This document shows, piece by piece, positions 1 through 8,615 of a stretch of 64,000 nucleotides of DNA. Source of the DNA: an uncultured Gemmatimonadales bacterium (GTDB lineage Bacteria > Gemmatimonadota > Gemmatimonadetes > Longimicrobiales > Gaopeijiaceae); the NCBI GenBank assembly GCA_963809895.1, contig CAWELD010000003.1, positions 1,888,001 through 1,952,000 on the forward strand. The letters run 5' to 3'. The notes below the pieces were generated by a model. That model searched no databases. It saw nothing but the letters and a program-made list of their open reading frames with translations, and was not told the DNA's origin. How positions within the stretch are numbered: position 1 is the stretch's first letter; each line of letters opens with the position of its first letter. The position numbers were made by a program, and so were the translations under genes.

Positions 1-1193
1 CTCCCGCACATCGGATGCGCTTCCCCCCTCCGTGAGCGCGTCGGGCGCCAGCCCGTGCGGAGCCTCCACCATGCCACGGATCGTGCGCGCCGTCCGCGGC
101 GAAGCGTAGATCGGGATCCCGCGAGCCGCGTACGTGCGCACGCCCGCCAGGTGCGGCCACGCGGGCGAGGCCGCGACGACGCCCTTCACAACCGCGCCCG
201 GCCAGCGCCGCTCGATCTCGTCGAGGATCGACTGCGAATACCCCCCCGAATGCGGCGCTTCGATGATCACCACCCCGTCCGGCTGCCGGACCAGCGTCAC
301 GTCGTAGATGCCGCCGATCTGGACCACGCCTCCGCCGTGCTCGGTGATCGCGGGCGACCCGTTCCCCAGGGAGGTGTCCTGCTGGGCCAGGAAGCCCTGC
401 CGCCGCCCCGCCACGTCCGCGAACGAATCGGCCGGAAAGTCCGCATGCCAGTCGATGTCCGTGTACGAGATCGTCCGCACCCGATGCCCGTCATGCCAGA
501 CGTTGATCGTGAACGGATAGCGGAGCCCAGTGGAGTCCGCGGACCAGTTGGACCAAGCCACGCGCGTCCTCACGTCCCCCCAGACCGCCCAGTTCGGGTC
601 GTCGGCAGTAGCTCCGCACGCCCGTCCACCCGGCCGGGAGCGACGTCTCCGCATCGATCAGCAACCGCAGCTCCGGCTCGCCCCAGGCGACGACATGCAA
701 CCGCCTGCCCCCCAGCACCGTGTCAGGCGCCAGCCACGCATCCGACGCGCCCGCGGCCTCGAGCAACAGACGCTCCGGGGACAGCCGCACTTCCTCCAGC
801 GCCTCCCCCGGCGTCAGGTCGTCGTCGAGATACTGCGTGAACGCGATCGGGTCCGGCCGCATCGGCAGGAGTCCCTTCATCTCCCGAAGCGCCCGCCCCG
901 CCCGGACGTCCCGTTGCTCGGTGAACTCCACCGCGAACACCGGCGGCGTCTCGGGATCCAGGGCCACGCCCACGAGCTGCTCCTGGCGCGCGCCCGTTAG
1001 CTCGAGGGCCGAGATGCCCTCCAAGGCCGCCCGCGATCCCATCGCGTCCAGGGATGCAGCGATCACGGCGTCCGCGGAGGCGCGATCCTGCGGGCATCGA
1101 TGGCTCCCCGTCGGACGGGGGATTCCCCCCGCAGCCGAGAACCAGGATCCCGCCCAAGCCCACGGCCACCACTCCCGCCTTCGTCACCAGCAT
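1..1193 (-). CDS. Exported (probable lipoprotein) MBL-fold metallo-hydrolase-like protein; 3' end runs off the window; two apparent frameshifts (~1085, ~605)
   Basis: N-terminus MLVTKAGVVAVGLGGILVLGC resembles a lipoprotein signal. It joins ORF 491..1066, then a third frame reading WAVWGDVRTRVAWSNW...GVVIIEAPHSGGYSQSILDEIERRWPG...WPHLAGVRTYAARGIPIY, typical of degenerate MBL-fold proteins. Confidence 0.55.
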
Positions 1194-1963
1194 GTCTTCC
1201 TCCCCCCGTCGAGATCCCAGGATGAACGTCCTGCGAACGGTGGGGGGCCCTCACGTCGGTCGCGAGGGGCGTGTGGACGAAAGCCGACTGGGCGGGGATG
1301 AAGGCCGGGATTGTGTGGAGGAAATCGGGGGGGCGGTGGCAGGAGATGATCGTAGCACCGCCCCAACTTGGATGGGCAGGGGCGATTCCGGTTAGAAAGC
1401 GCTAGGTGGTCAGCCGCGACGAGGGTCCCACGAACAGGCTGAAGACGTTGGCGTTGCCTTGCCGAGGTCCAGTGGGGACTCTCCAGGCCGTGGGTTCGAC
1501 AGCTCCGTCAAGAAGCTGGCGGAAACAAGACTTGGGCCCGTTCAGTGGCGTGACGTGTCAGACGGCCGGGCTCATTGCCCCGCTGGCCTTTCATTCCAGA
1601 GTCCGCCCCGAGTCGATTCGCTACCCTCGCCAATTTGCCCAGGTATTCGCAGCTTGGCATTCTCCACTTGGACGGGGCCATAGGCCTAGATGATACTGCG
1701 GGATCCGTGATCCGCACGCGGGAGGTCCTCGTCGGGATCTGGTTTCGGGAGGGCCCTCCGGTTCCGCATGCCTCCGCCGCGGCGCAGACACGGTCGGACG
1801 CCGTCATCAAGGAGTGACCGGGAGACGAGGTGCTTCTCCGACTCCGTCCAGGTCCCAGGAGATCTCCTTCTGGCGGCACGGCTGGTTGAGGAAGTCCCTC
1901 GTTGGCGGGCCCCTTTTCTCGGGTTGCGCTCAACGCCCGCCAATTGAATGCGCAACGAGAGAT

Positions 1964-3181
1964 CTAATCGGCCGGCGCGACAACTTCAGCTGCGCTCTTC
2001 TTCCTAAAAGAGCCGAAGGAGATGTTATCGAGGAATCCATCGGGGATCGCTTGGACCGGTTCTGGATCGGGCGTCTCTCGCTTTGGGGGGACCAGCGAGG
2101 GCTCTAACGAAACCGTGTCGCCGAAGAACTGCCGTCGGATCTCCAAGCCAAGCACTTCGGCCAAGGCACTCGGTACGGCATTCCCAAGTTGCCGCTGTAT
2201 TGCTGTGATTCCGCCTTGTACTTCAAAACCATCTGGGAAAGTCTGGATACGGCAGAGTTCCCGAGCTGAAAGGCGGCGATTCTCCCAATGGAACGGTCCG
2301 ATCGCGCTGCCGGGCTGCGCCTGAACCGTCCACGAGGGGCGCTTCTTCGCGAGCTTTAGAAGCATGCTCCAATAGCGAGAACGCCACTTGAATATTGGAG
2401 TGCCGCCTCCCCTCTCCGTGTGCCAGAGGTAGTTATTCCCTTCGGGGATCGACGGCAACAAGGGTGCCCACTTCCCGGTCACGGCGAGCGCCTCGGCATT
2501 AGCTGGCCGATCAAGATCCCCTAAGGCATCCCAGGCTGTGCGGTAAGGCTCAAGGTCGAAGACTGAAACCTGCTCCGGGTTCTTCGCCGGATCTGCGAAA
2601 CGTGGCCTCGGAAACTCGAACTCCGCGCCATCCCTTGAGCCGATCAGGAAGACCCTCTCTCGGATTTGGGGAACCCCGAAATCCGCGGCATTCAGCACTT
2701 CGAAGCGTAGTGAGTATCCTGCACCCGTCCGATCGTTGATCTGAGAGAGTGCATCCTTGAGGAAGACCATTCCCTCGTCCTTCCCCTCATACGTGAGTCC
2801 GTAGACGTTCTCAAGAAGAAAGGCCTTCGGAAACGTGTCTTCGAGGACACGCATGTACGCCCCGAGCGTGGAAGCACGAGGGTCGTCGAGCCGCTTCGTA
2901 TCGCCTCGGGCCCAGTATGCTGACTTAGAGAACGGCTGGCATGGCGGACCACCACAAAGAAGGTCGGCCTCTCCGGGCTCCAGCCCGGCGGCCTCTAGGA
3001 TCGCCTCGCTCGGTACGTCGTGGATGTCCCGGTCAATCACTGGCCACTCCCGGTTGTGGCGAAGGGTGCGCACGCAGGTGCTGTCCATTTCGACACAGAC
3101 GCGAGTCTCGAATCCGGCCGCCTCTAGCCCGAGGTCAAGGCCACCGGCACCGGAGAACAGGGAGATTAGCGATCGGGACAT
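1964..3181 (-). CDS. DNA (cytosine-5)-methyltransferase of a type II RM system
   Basis: C5-MTase motifs in order: SLFSGAGG (I), GGPPCQPFS (IV), LENV (VI), QIRERVF (VIII), RRLSARE..RIQTFPD (IX), QLGNAVP (X). Confidence 0.97.
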   Translation of the reverse strand: MSRSLISLFSGAGGLDLGLEAAGFETRVCVEMDSTCVRTLRHNREWPVIDRDIHDVPSEAILEAAGLEPGEADLLCGGPPCQPFSKSAYWARGDTKRLDDPRASTLGAYMRVLEDTFPKAFLLENVYGLTYEGKDEGMVFLKDALSQINDRTGAGYSLRFEVLNAADFGVPQIRERVFLIGSRDGAEFEFPRPRFADPAKNPEQVSVFDLEPYRTAWDALGDLDRPANAEALAVTGKWAPLLPSIPEGNNYLWHTERGGGTPIFKWRSRYWSMLLKLAKKRPSWTVQAQPGSAIGPFHWENRRLSARELCRIQTFPDGFEVQGGITAIQRQLGNAVPSALAEVLGLEIRRQFFGDTVSLEPSLVPPKRETPDPEPVQAIPDGFLDNISFGSFRKKSAAEVVAPAD

Positions 3182-3257
3182 TGCGCAGGGTAGGTTGAGG
3201 CTTGAGCTTCACGGGTACCGTATCATACCACCCATCCACTGTACCCTCAATACAACC

Positions 3258-3482
3258 GTGCACATCCACATTCGACTACGCGAATGCATGGACCGCCACG
3301 AAGCGCGGACCGGCCGGCGAATCAGCTACGGGGATGTGGCTGAAGCAACGGGCCTGAGCCTTGCGACGATTGAATCCATCGGATCACGCGAGCACTACAA
3401 CGCGACCCTCGCGATCGTGGCGAAGCTCTGCCGGGCCCTTTCAGTCGATATCGCAGAGATTCTCGAACTGAGGGACAGCTAA
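3258..3482 (+). CDS. Small Cro/C1-type HTH regulator (74 aa), probable RM controller
   Basis: GTG start at 3258: VHIHIRLRECMDRHEARTGRRISYGDVAEATGLSLATIESIGSREHYNATLAIVAKLCRALSVDIAEILEL. Divergent from the MTase; its stop overlaps the endonuclease stop. Confidence 0.85.
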   Translation: MHIHIRLRECMDRHEARTGRRISYGDVAEATGLSLATIESIGSREHYNATLAIVAKLCRALSVDIAEILELRDS

Positions 3483-4564
3483 TCGCCGACAGCCGTGTCG
3501 ACGATTGCTTTCCAACTCTGCAGACCGACAATTGAGGCCTCGATCTCGAGTAGGCGCTCGTAAATGTCGCGGCCGGCAGACTCCAATACTCGTCTCGGCG
3601 GCCGCCCCGAGTTGAACAAGACGCTGCTCAGCAACTCGAGCCATCCGCAATAGACGGCGAGCGAGATCCCGCGGTCGAACGCTGCGTCCACGAGAGCACC
3701 GAGTTCGAGCCGAGGCTGACCTGTCGCAACCGCAACCATTGCCGCCCAACGCGCCTGGGCCTCGTGGGCCTTCACGAGGAAATGCGAGACGTCGTGTACA
3801 CCGACGACCTTATCTCGGACCTCGTACACGCGCACCACCGAGTAGGGATGCTCGGGATCCAGGACACCTACGTCGCCTGGGAAGCGGCGATCAGGGTCGT
3901 TGATTCGATCGACCAAGACTCGCTCCGGGCCGTAGAGCTGATCAAGGAACCCCGCAGCTACCGCCTGTGCTCGCTTCCCTCCCTCGGAATCCTCGCCTGT
4001 AAACTCCGCGACTATCGCAGCCAGTTCTGACGGGGTCACCCTGATCATCGCGTCGCCGTCTAGCGTCGGGGGTGGCGTACGTGCTCGACCCCGGATGAAT
4101 GCTCGAAGAGCTGCGCGCGCATCGCGTTCATCGCCCGCCTCAAGGAGCTGGATACCCTCCAGCATGATCTTAAATGGAACCTCGGCGTCGCCGCGTAGCT
4201 TCTCCGACGCCTCGTCGAGATCCTTCTTCCCAAAGTAGGGCTGGTTGTTCAGCGGCTCGCGTCCAGTAACGCCCAAGTCGATTGACAAAGCGGGTGCCAT
4301 CGCGGCCAGTACGTGCTGAGCGAGGCTCCGAGCGGAGTAGGCTCCGGGAACGCCAGCCGACACCTTGAGTGTCCGCACGTTGACGCGGGGGTTTGTCGCT
4401 TTGGCGAGGATGGCGGTCCCTAACATCGCTATGTGCGTCTTCGGAGCCCTTTCGCAGGCTCTGGAGAGTCTTGCAACGAGGTCGATCCATACATCCGGAA
4501 TCGGCTCTTCGCTCCGGGCGGCCTCCTTGAGCACCTGGCTAGCTTTCTCGTGATCGATCTTCAT
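3479..4564 (-). CDS. Type II restriction endonuclease, SacI family
   Basis: Start at MKIDHEKA. Motifs THIAMLGTAILAKA, YSARSL, DLGVTGREPLNNQPYF, SEGGKRAQA and INDPDRRFPGDV..YEVRDK (PD-(D/E)xK-like) match SacI-family REases as I recall them. Lies next to a C5-MTase. Confidence 0.8.
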   Translation of the reverse strand: MKIDHEKASQVLKEAARSEEPIPDVWIDLVARLSRACERAPKTHIAMLGTAILAKATNPRVNVRTLKVSAGVPGAYSARSLAQHVLAAMAPALSIDLGVTGREPLNNQPYFGKKDLDEASEKLRGDAEVPFKIMLEGIQLLEAGDERDARAALRAFIRGRARTPPPTLDGDAMIRVTPSELAAIVAEFTGEDSEGGKRAQAVAAGFLDQLYGPERVLVDRINDPDRRFPGDVGVLDPEHPYSVVRVYEVRDKVVGVHDVSHFLVKAHEAQARWAAMVAVATGQPRLELGALVDAAFDRGISLAVYCGWLELLSSVLFNSGRPPRRVLESAGRDIYERLLEIEASIVGLQSWKAIVDTAVGD

Positions 4565-5032
4565 ATGTGGCTGGGTGGTGTCAGACTTCTGTCTCAATCG
4601 CGGCATTGGTTCTGGAGACCGCACCGAGACGAGCTTCCTCGCGGATGAGATCTCGCCGCGCAGCCGAAGGTCGTCTCTACACCTGAATCTCAAAAGGCTT
4701 CAAGGCAAGAGGTCCCCATCTGGAAGACATGGTCTGACCCACCCGCGAGCATGCCGCGTAACGTGAGGGGGCTTCCGAACCGGCCCTCAACCAAACGTTC
4801 GACTCGCAGGTTACGCTGAGTCCCGTCGGCTCCGCCAGGGCCTTCCACATGGTTGTGGGTCGATTCGGACGAAGCGCTGCGCCGGTCACCGCGCGGTGCG
4901 AAGCCGAACGCCTCGAGTCAAGTGAGGCGCGAACCGGGCGTTCAAGCCCAGCCCTCCCGATCATGGAGCCGTGACGAGAATGGGCAAGCCACCGTCGTTG
5001 GCCGGCCGATGCGTCTCCGGCACGCCGGGCAA

Positions 5033-5639
5033 TCACACAAGCCACACAGTGACGCCGAATGCACCGAGGACGATCGCTCCGAGGATAAGCCATGGACGCT
5101 GTGCTGCCGCAGACCAACGGAGGCGGGTGAGGAGCTTGCCCCCGAAACTGACCTTGAAGTCGTCAGGCTGTCGCACAGCGAACATCCCGTAGTCGACCGG
5201 CTCGTGGTTCTCAGGAAATCGCTTCAATATGTCGTTGTAGTCCTCAATGAACCCCACCACATCGAGCGCTTCGGCCTCAAGGCTGGCAAGGTCGTAGAGC
5301 CGTCCGAGCCTCGATCGCCGCTCGATGATGTTGGTCGGCCCGAAGCTCATACGACTTCCCATACTCTAGAACTGACACCACAAGAATGGCGATCGCCCCG
5401 ACGGCTGCAAGAAAATCGACCTGCCCGGAGCTTCCAAACGACCCACCGACCAGACCGAAGGCGTTTGCCAAGGACAGGCCCACCAGTCCGAGCGAAGCGA
5501 AAGTTACCGCCCAACGGGACGCCACGCCGGCACGCGCCAGACGGCGGTACGCTTCAAACCGGGCCCCCTTGGTTGTCCAGACCTTTCTCAGTTGCCGGGC
5601 CCTTGAGCCCTCGTCCTTCAGGTTCTTTGGCCGGATCAC
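5033..5639 (-). CDS. SLATT-domain (SLATT_5-like) transmembrane effector; one frameshift at ~5310
   Basis: ORFs 5277..5639 and 5033..5362 join if one G is removed (ATC GAG [G]CTC GGA = IELG). Reads KVWTTKGARFEAYRRL, two hydrophobic helices, RADQHHRAAIEL, ENHEPVDY, then a C-terminal TM helix. This is the RT-associated SLATT pattern. Confidence 0.8.
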
Positions 5640-5658
5640 GTGACCCCCACCGAGCGTT

Positions 5659-5802
5659 GGGATCCACTGCTACATGATTCTGATGGTCGCTTCGCACTCA
5701 CCGTCAGCACGAAGGGTAGAAGCTCCTACGGAGACTCTGATCACAGCCGCCCTACTCCATGGCGTAGGGGTTCGCCCGTCCCGGGCGAGAGCAGTGGATC
5801 CC
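5659..5802 (-). ncRNA. Candidate structured ncRNA of the RT-SLATT system (144 nt)
   Basis: Perfect 13-bp inverted repeat GGGATCCACTGCT (5659-5671) / AGCAGTGGATCCC (5790-5802) encloses hairpins at 5772-5788, 5750-5769, 5713-5738 and 5680-5707. It fills the gap between the RT stop (5809) and the SLATT start (5639). Strand is inferred from the operon. Confidence 0.7.
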
Positions 5803-5808
5803 TAAGGG

Positions 5809-7206
5809 TTAGGAGACGAATGCGATGTCCGCTTCAAGATCCGCAATCTGCTGGTTCCGGTAACGTTCGAACAAGTCATTCACCTGTTCCTCACTCACGA
5901 AGTCGTCAGGTCCGATTCGACCTCTCTCAACGAGGAAATCCAGCCTCTGAGCCATCGTCTCAAAGACATCGTAGTTGTGAACGTAGGCACCGGAAGGCCG
6001 ATGGCGAACCTCATGGAATGCGCGGGCCAGACGCTTGACGTCACCTAGTGACTTTGTAGGTAGGCCCGCGAGCCGCGGGAGCATCGAACGTACGGCCGCG
6101 TCCATCCGAAAGAGCAAGGTCTCGTCAGTCATCGCGGAGAAGTAGAACATCCAGCCATACCTTCGCGACTCGCTGATCGCGCCGGTGATTCGCTCGTTCA
6201 ACTCATCGATGAAGACCTGCCTGGCCAGGTCCGGGGTCATCCAGTCGTGCTCTCGGATCAATCGCTGGCGGTCGCGGCGATACCGCGTTGCCCGTGCTGC
6301 GATCTGCTCGAGGAAGCGATCCACGGAGCTGTCACGCACGGTTACCAAATCGCCGGTGAAGACGTAGCCAAGGAAGCCGATAGCCCATTGAGCTCAAATC
6401 GGCCACCCTTGGCCGTTTGGGGCTCCAGCGGATGCACACGGAGGCCGCGATCCTCCAGCTCACCAGAGACGAACTCATAGACCGTCTCCACCGCATCCGC
6501 GCCCACGATCAGCAGCAGATCATCGACGAAGCGGAAGTAGGCTACCGCGTCTTCCCGGATGCGTTCATCCAAGTCCCCAAGGTAAATGTCGGCGAGGACG
6601 TTGGAGATGCGACAGGCCTTGGGGCACTCCCGCGGTCCGGCGGGTACGCGGAACCTGAGACGTCTACTCCCTTCGCGGCACCGCCGGGTTTCGAATCGCC
6701 CTGTAGACCAACTAGACTCAAAGTCCGGCAGGCGCCGCCGCACAAGGGGCATCAACTTCTCATGAGACACGGAATCGTAGAACTCCTTTATGTCCAAACG
6801 AAGGCATGCATGGGTGCCAGGCTCAGCCTCCGTGACGGCGGTGAGGGCCTCCCGAACCATTGTGTTGGGAAGGACTCGACCAACATGTCCGGAGAACTCC
6901 TCATGTAGGCGTTCCTTAGTTGGAGGAGTGCCAGGCGATCCCTCGCCGTTGGGATGCAGATCTTCGCGCGGCGGGCGAGCTTGGTCCCTTGTTTCGCAAC
7001 ACCTGGGCGTAGTTCCCGAACCGATAGGTGCCGTCTTGGACCTTCTGAGAGACCGTTGCTGCCTCCTCCTCCAGACGATCATCTAAGGCGCTCGGAGCAA
7101 CCCGATCCATACCTCTGGTTTCGTCGAGTCTGAGGCGGTCTCTGTATAGACCAACCAGAGCCTCTAGCGACCAAGGATCCGCCACCATCCCTCCTCGCTC
7201 GAACAT
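5809..7206 (-). CDS. Defence-associated reverse transcriptase (UG/DRT class, ~460 aa), split by about 5-6 single-base indels
   Basis: Stitching frames gives TRGMDRV, YRFGNYAQVLRNKG..KICIPTARDRL, RLDIKEFYDSVSHEKL, GVPQGLS/ISNVLADIYL, YFRFVDDLL, FLGYVF, then a C-terminal extension LNERITG...YGWMFYFS. No group II intron maturase/HNH tail and no retron NAxxH/VTG motifs. Start is ATG 7206 or 7188. Confidence 0.9.
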
Positions 7207-7213
7207 GCCCCTC

Positions 7214-8043
7214 TCATCTCTCTCGTGCCTCATGGGTCTCAAGCAGGAACGTGGCGAGCGTCGTCGCCGCCCCCACGGCAAGACGTGCGTGCCGGGGATG
7301 AACACCTTGCGCCCTCCCGTGCTTTCCATGGCCCGTGCCGTACAGATTTCGAAGCTCAGCAAGGCCGTTAACTAGCGTCGCGAGGTTGCTGAGGAGCCGT
7401 CTGATGGACTCGGCACCCTTGGCGGCATCGTCGATGTCGGCCGGAAGAAGCGTCAGGCCTTTCTCGTCTCCTTCACCAGTCGCGGAACGTCCCACTTAGT
7501 ATCGATCGATACTCCACGCTCGGTGAGGATTGTCTTGCAGGTCGTCTCCACTAGTTCCTTCGCGGTACCGATGGCGAGACTAGGGTCCTGCTCTAGGGCA
7601 CCGCGCATGCGGTCGATCTGCCTCCGGAGTTCCGGGGCGTCCATAGACACGAGCGCGGTTCGTAGAGAGCTGTGTCCGGGAAGGCGTAGGCGCCCATCAA
7701 CCTCCTTCAAACCATCACGCGCCAACCACCGCCGCAACACGGCGGCTGTCTCTTCAGCCCAGTCGGCGTTGTGTCCGCCCCCGGATGCCTCAATGTCGAG
7801 ATTCACGAGGACAGCCTCGTAGACGCGAAGCACTCGGTTCGCCTGGACCGGATCGGACCAGTCGATGCCGTGATAGTACTGTTCGACCAAAGACCGTCGC
7901 TGTCCTCCCACAGGCGGATCGAAAGACAGGTCAGCCTCAAATCCCTCCGCACGAAAGGCGTCGTCAATCTTTGCCAACGTCGTCGAGACGAAGTACTCGC
8001 GGAATTCCTGCCGCGTCTTGATGCTAACGAGGTCTCGCGTCAT
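7214..8043 (-). CDS. Abortive-infection family protein (AbiJ-like N-terminus + Abi_C/HEPN-like C-terminus); one frameshift at ~7456
   Basis: ORFs 7453..8043 and 7214..7495 join by restoring one C (GCC [C]TG). Motifs AIGTAKELVETTCKTIL and ELRNLYGTGHG...HARLAVGAA are typical of Abi_C domains. Confidence 0.85.
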
Positions 8044-8615
8044 GCCAGTACCTAGTGCCTATCGACGTTGCTTAACACGCATGCAATCGCTCCCATGTCG
8101 CGCTTCACTTGACTGCCCATATCCGAGTCCTGCTGTGGCTTCATGGCCTGAGTGTACGCCTGGCACTGGCACCGACCGGCCACGCCCTCCAGAATGGCGC
8201 GTGAAAGCTCCGTCCGCAACTTATGCGATGGGATGATGCAGCCGCGCTGCACACGCACCACATCGGAGACTTGGCAACCGCTCCGCAATCAACGCCCAGC
8301 GATCCCCTGAGTGGACCAGCAGCCCAACTGGCCGGACGAACCCGCCCGGAAAAGGCCCCCCAAGTGCCGGGATGATCGTACCGCCCACCCCGCCCATCCC
8401 GGTGGTCAAACCGTGCAGGCAACCCCCCCGTCCGACCCCCCGCCCAGGGGCCTCTCCTGCGGGGAATCCGTCGCGGCGCAGCCCGCGAACGCAGCGGGGG
8501 CTCGCCTTCCGCCGCGCAGCGACGGCTAGCGAGCCCCCGAATTTCCCAAACCCCAGTTGGGCGAGCGTGCCCCGCAGGGGAGGCCCCTGAGCGGGGGGTC
8601 AGGCCAACAAAGCCA

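Noticed and set aside
1480..1520. GGGTTCGAC T-loop-like sequence suggesting a tRNA at the island edge
   Set aside because: No acceptor stem, D-arm or anticodon arm can be folded around it.
1400..1960. Short ORFs downstream of the MTase as a possible vsr or other RM accessory gene
   Set aside because: No Vsr or other recognisable motif in any frame; at most an unidentifiable remnant.
4756..4816. GCGTAAC...GTTACGC imperfect hairpin between SLATT and the endonuclease, resembling an integron attC site
   Set aside because: The ends do not fit RYYYAAC/GTTRRRY, no properly spaced complementary L boxes are present, and there is no second site or integron integrase.
5659..7206. Retron (a1/a2 repeats + msr/msd) or group II intron reading of the RT locus
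   Set aside because: The RT lacks retron NAxxH and VTG motifs and has no long msd hairpin. There is also no YADD, maturase/En domain or intron domain V, and it is linked to SLATT. Phylogeny is still needed to exclude these formally.
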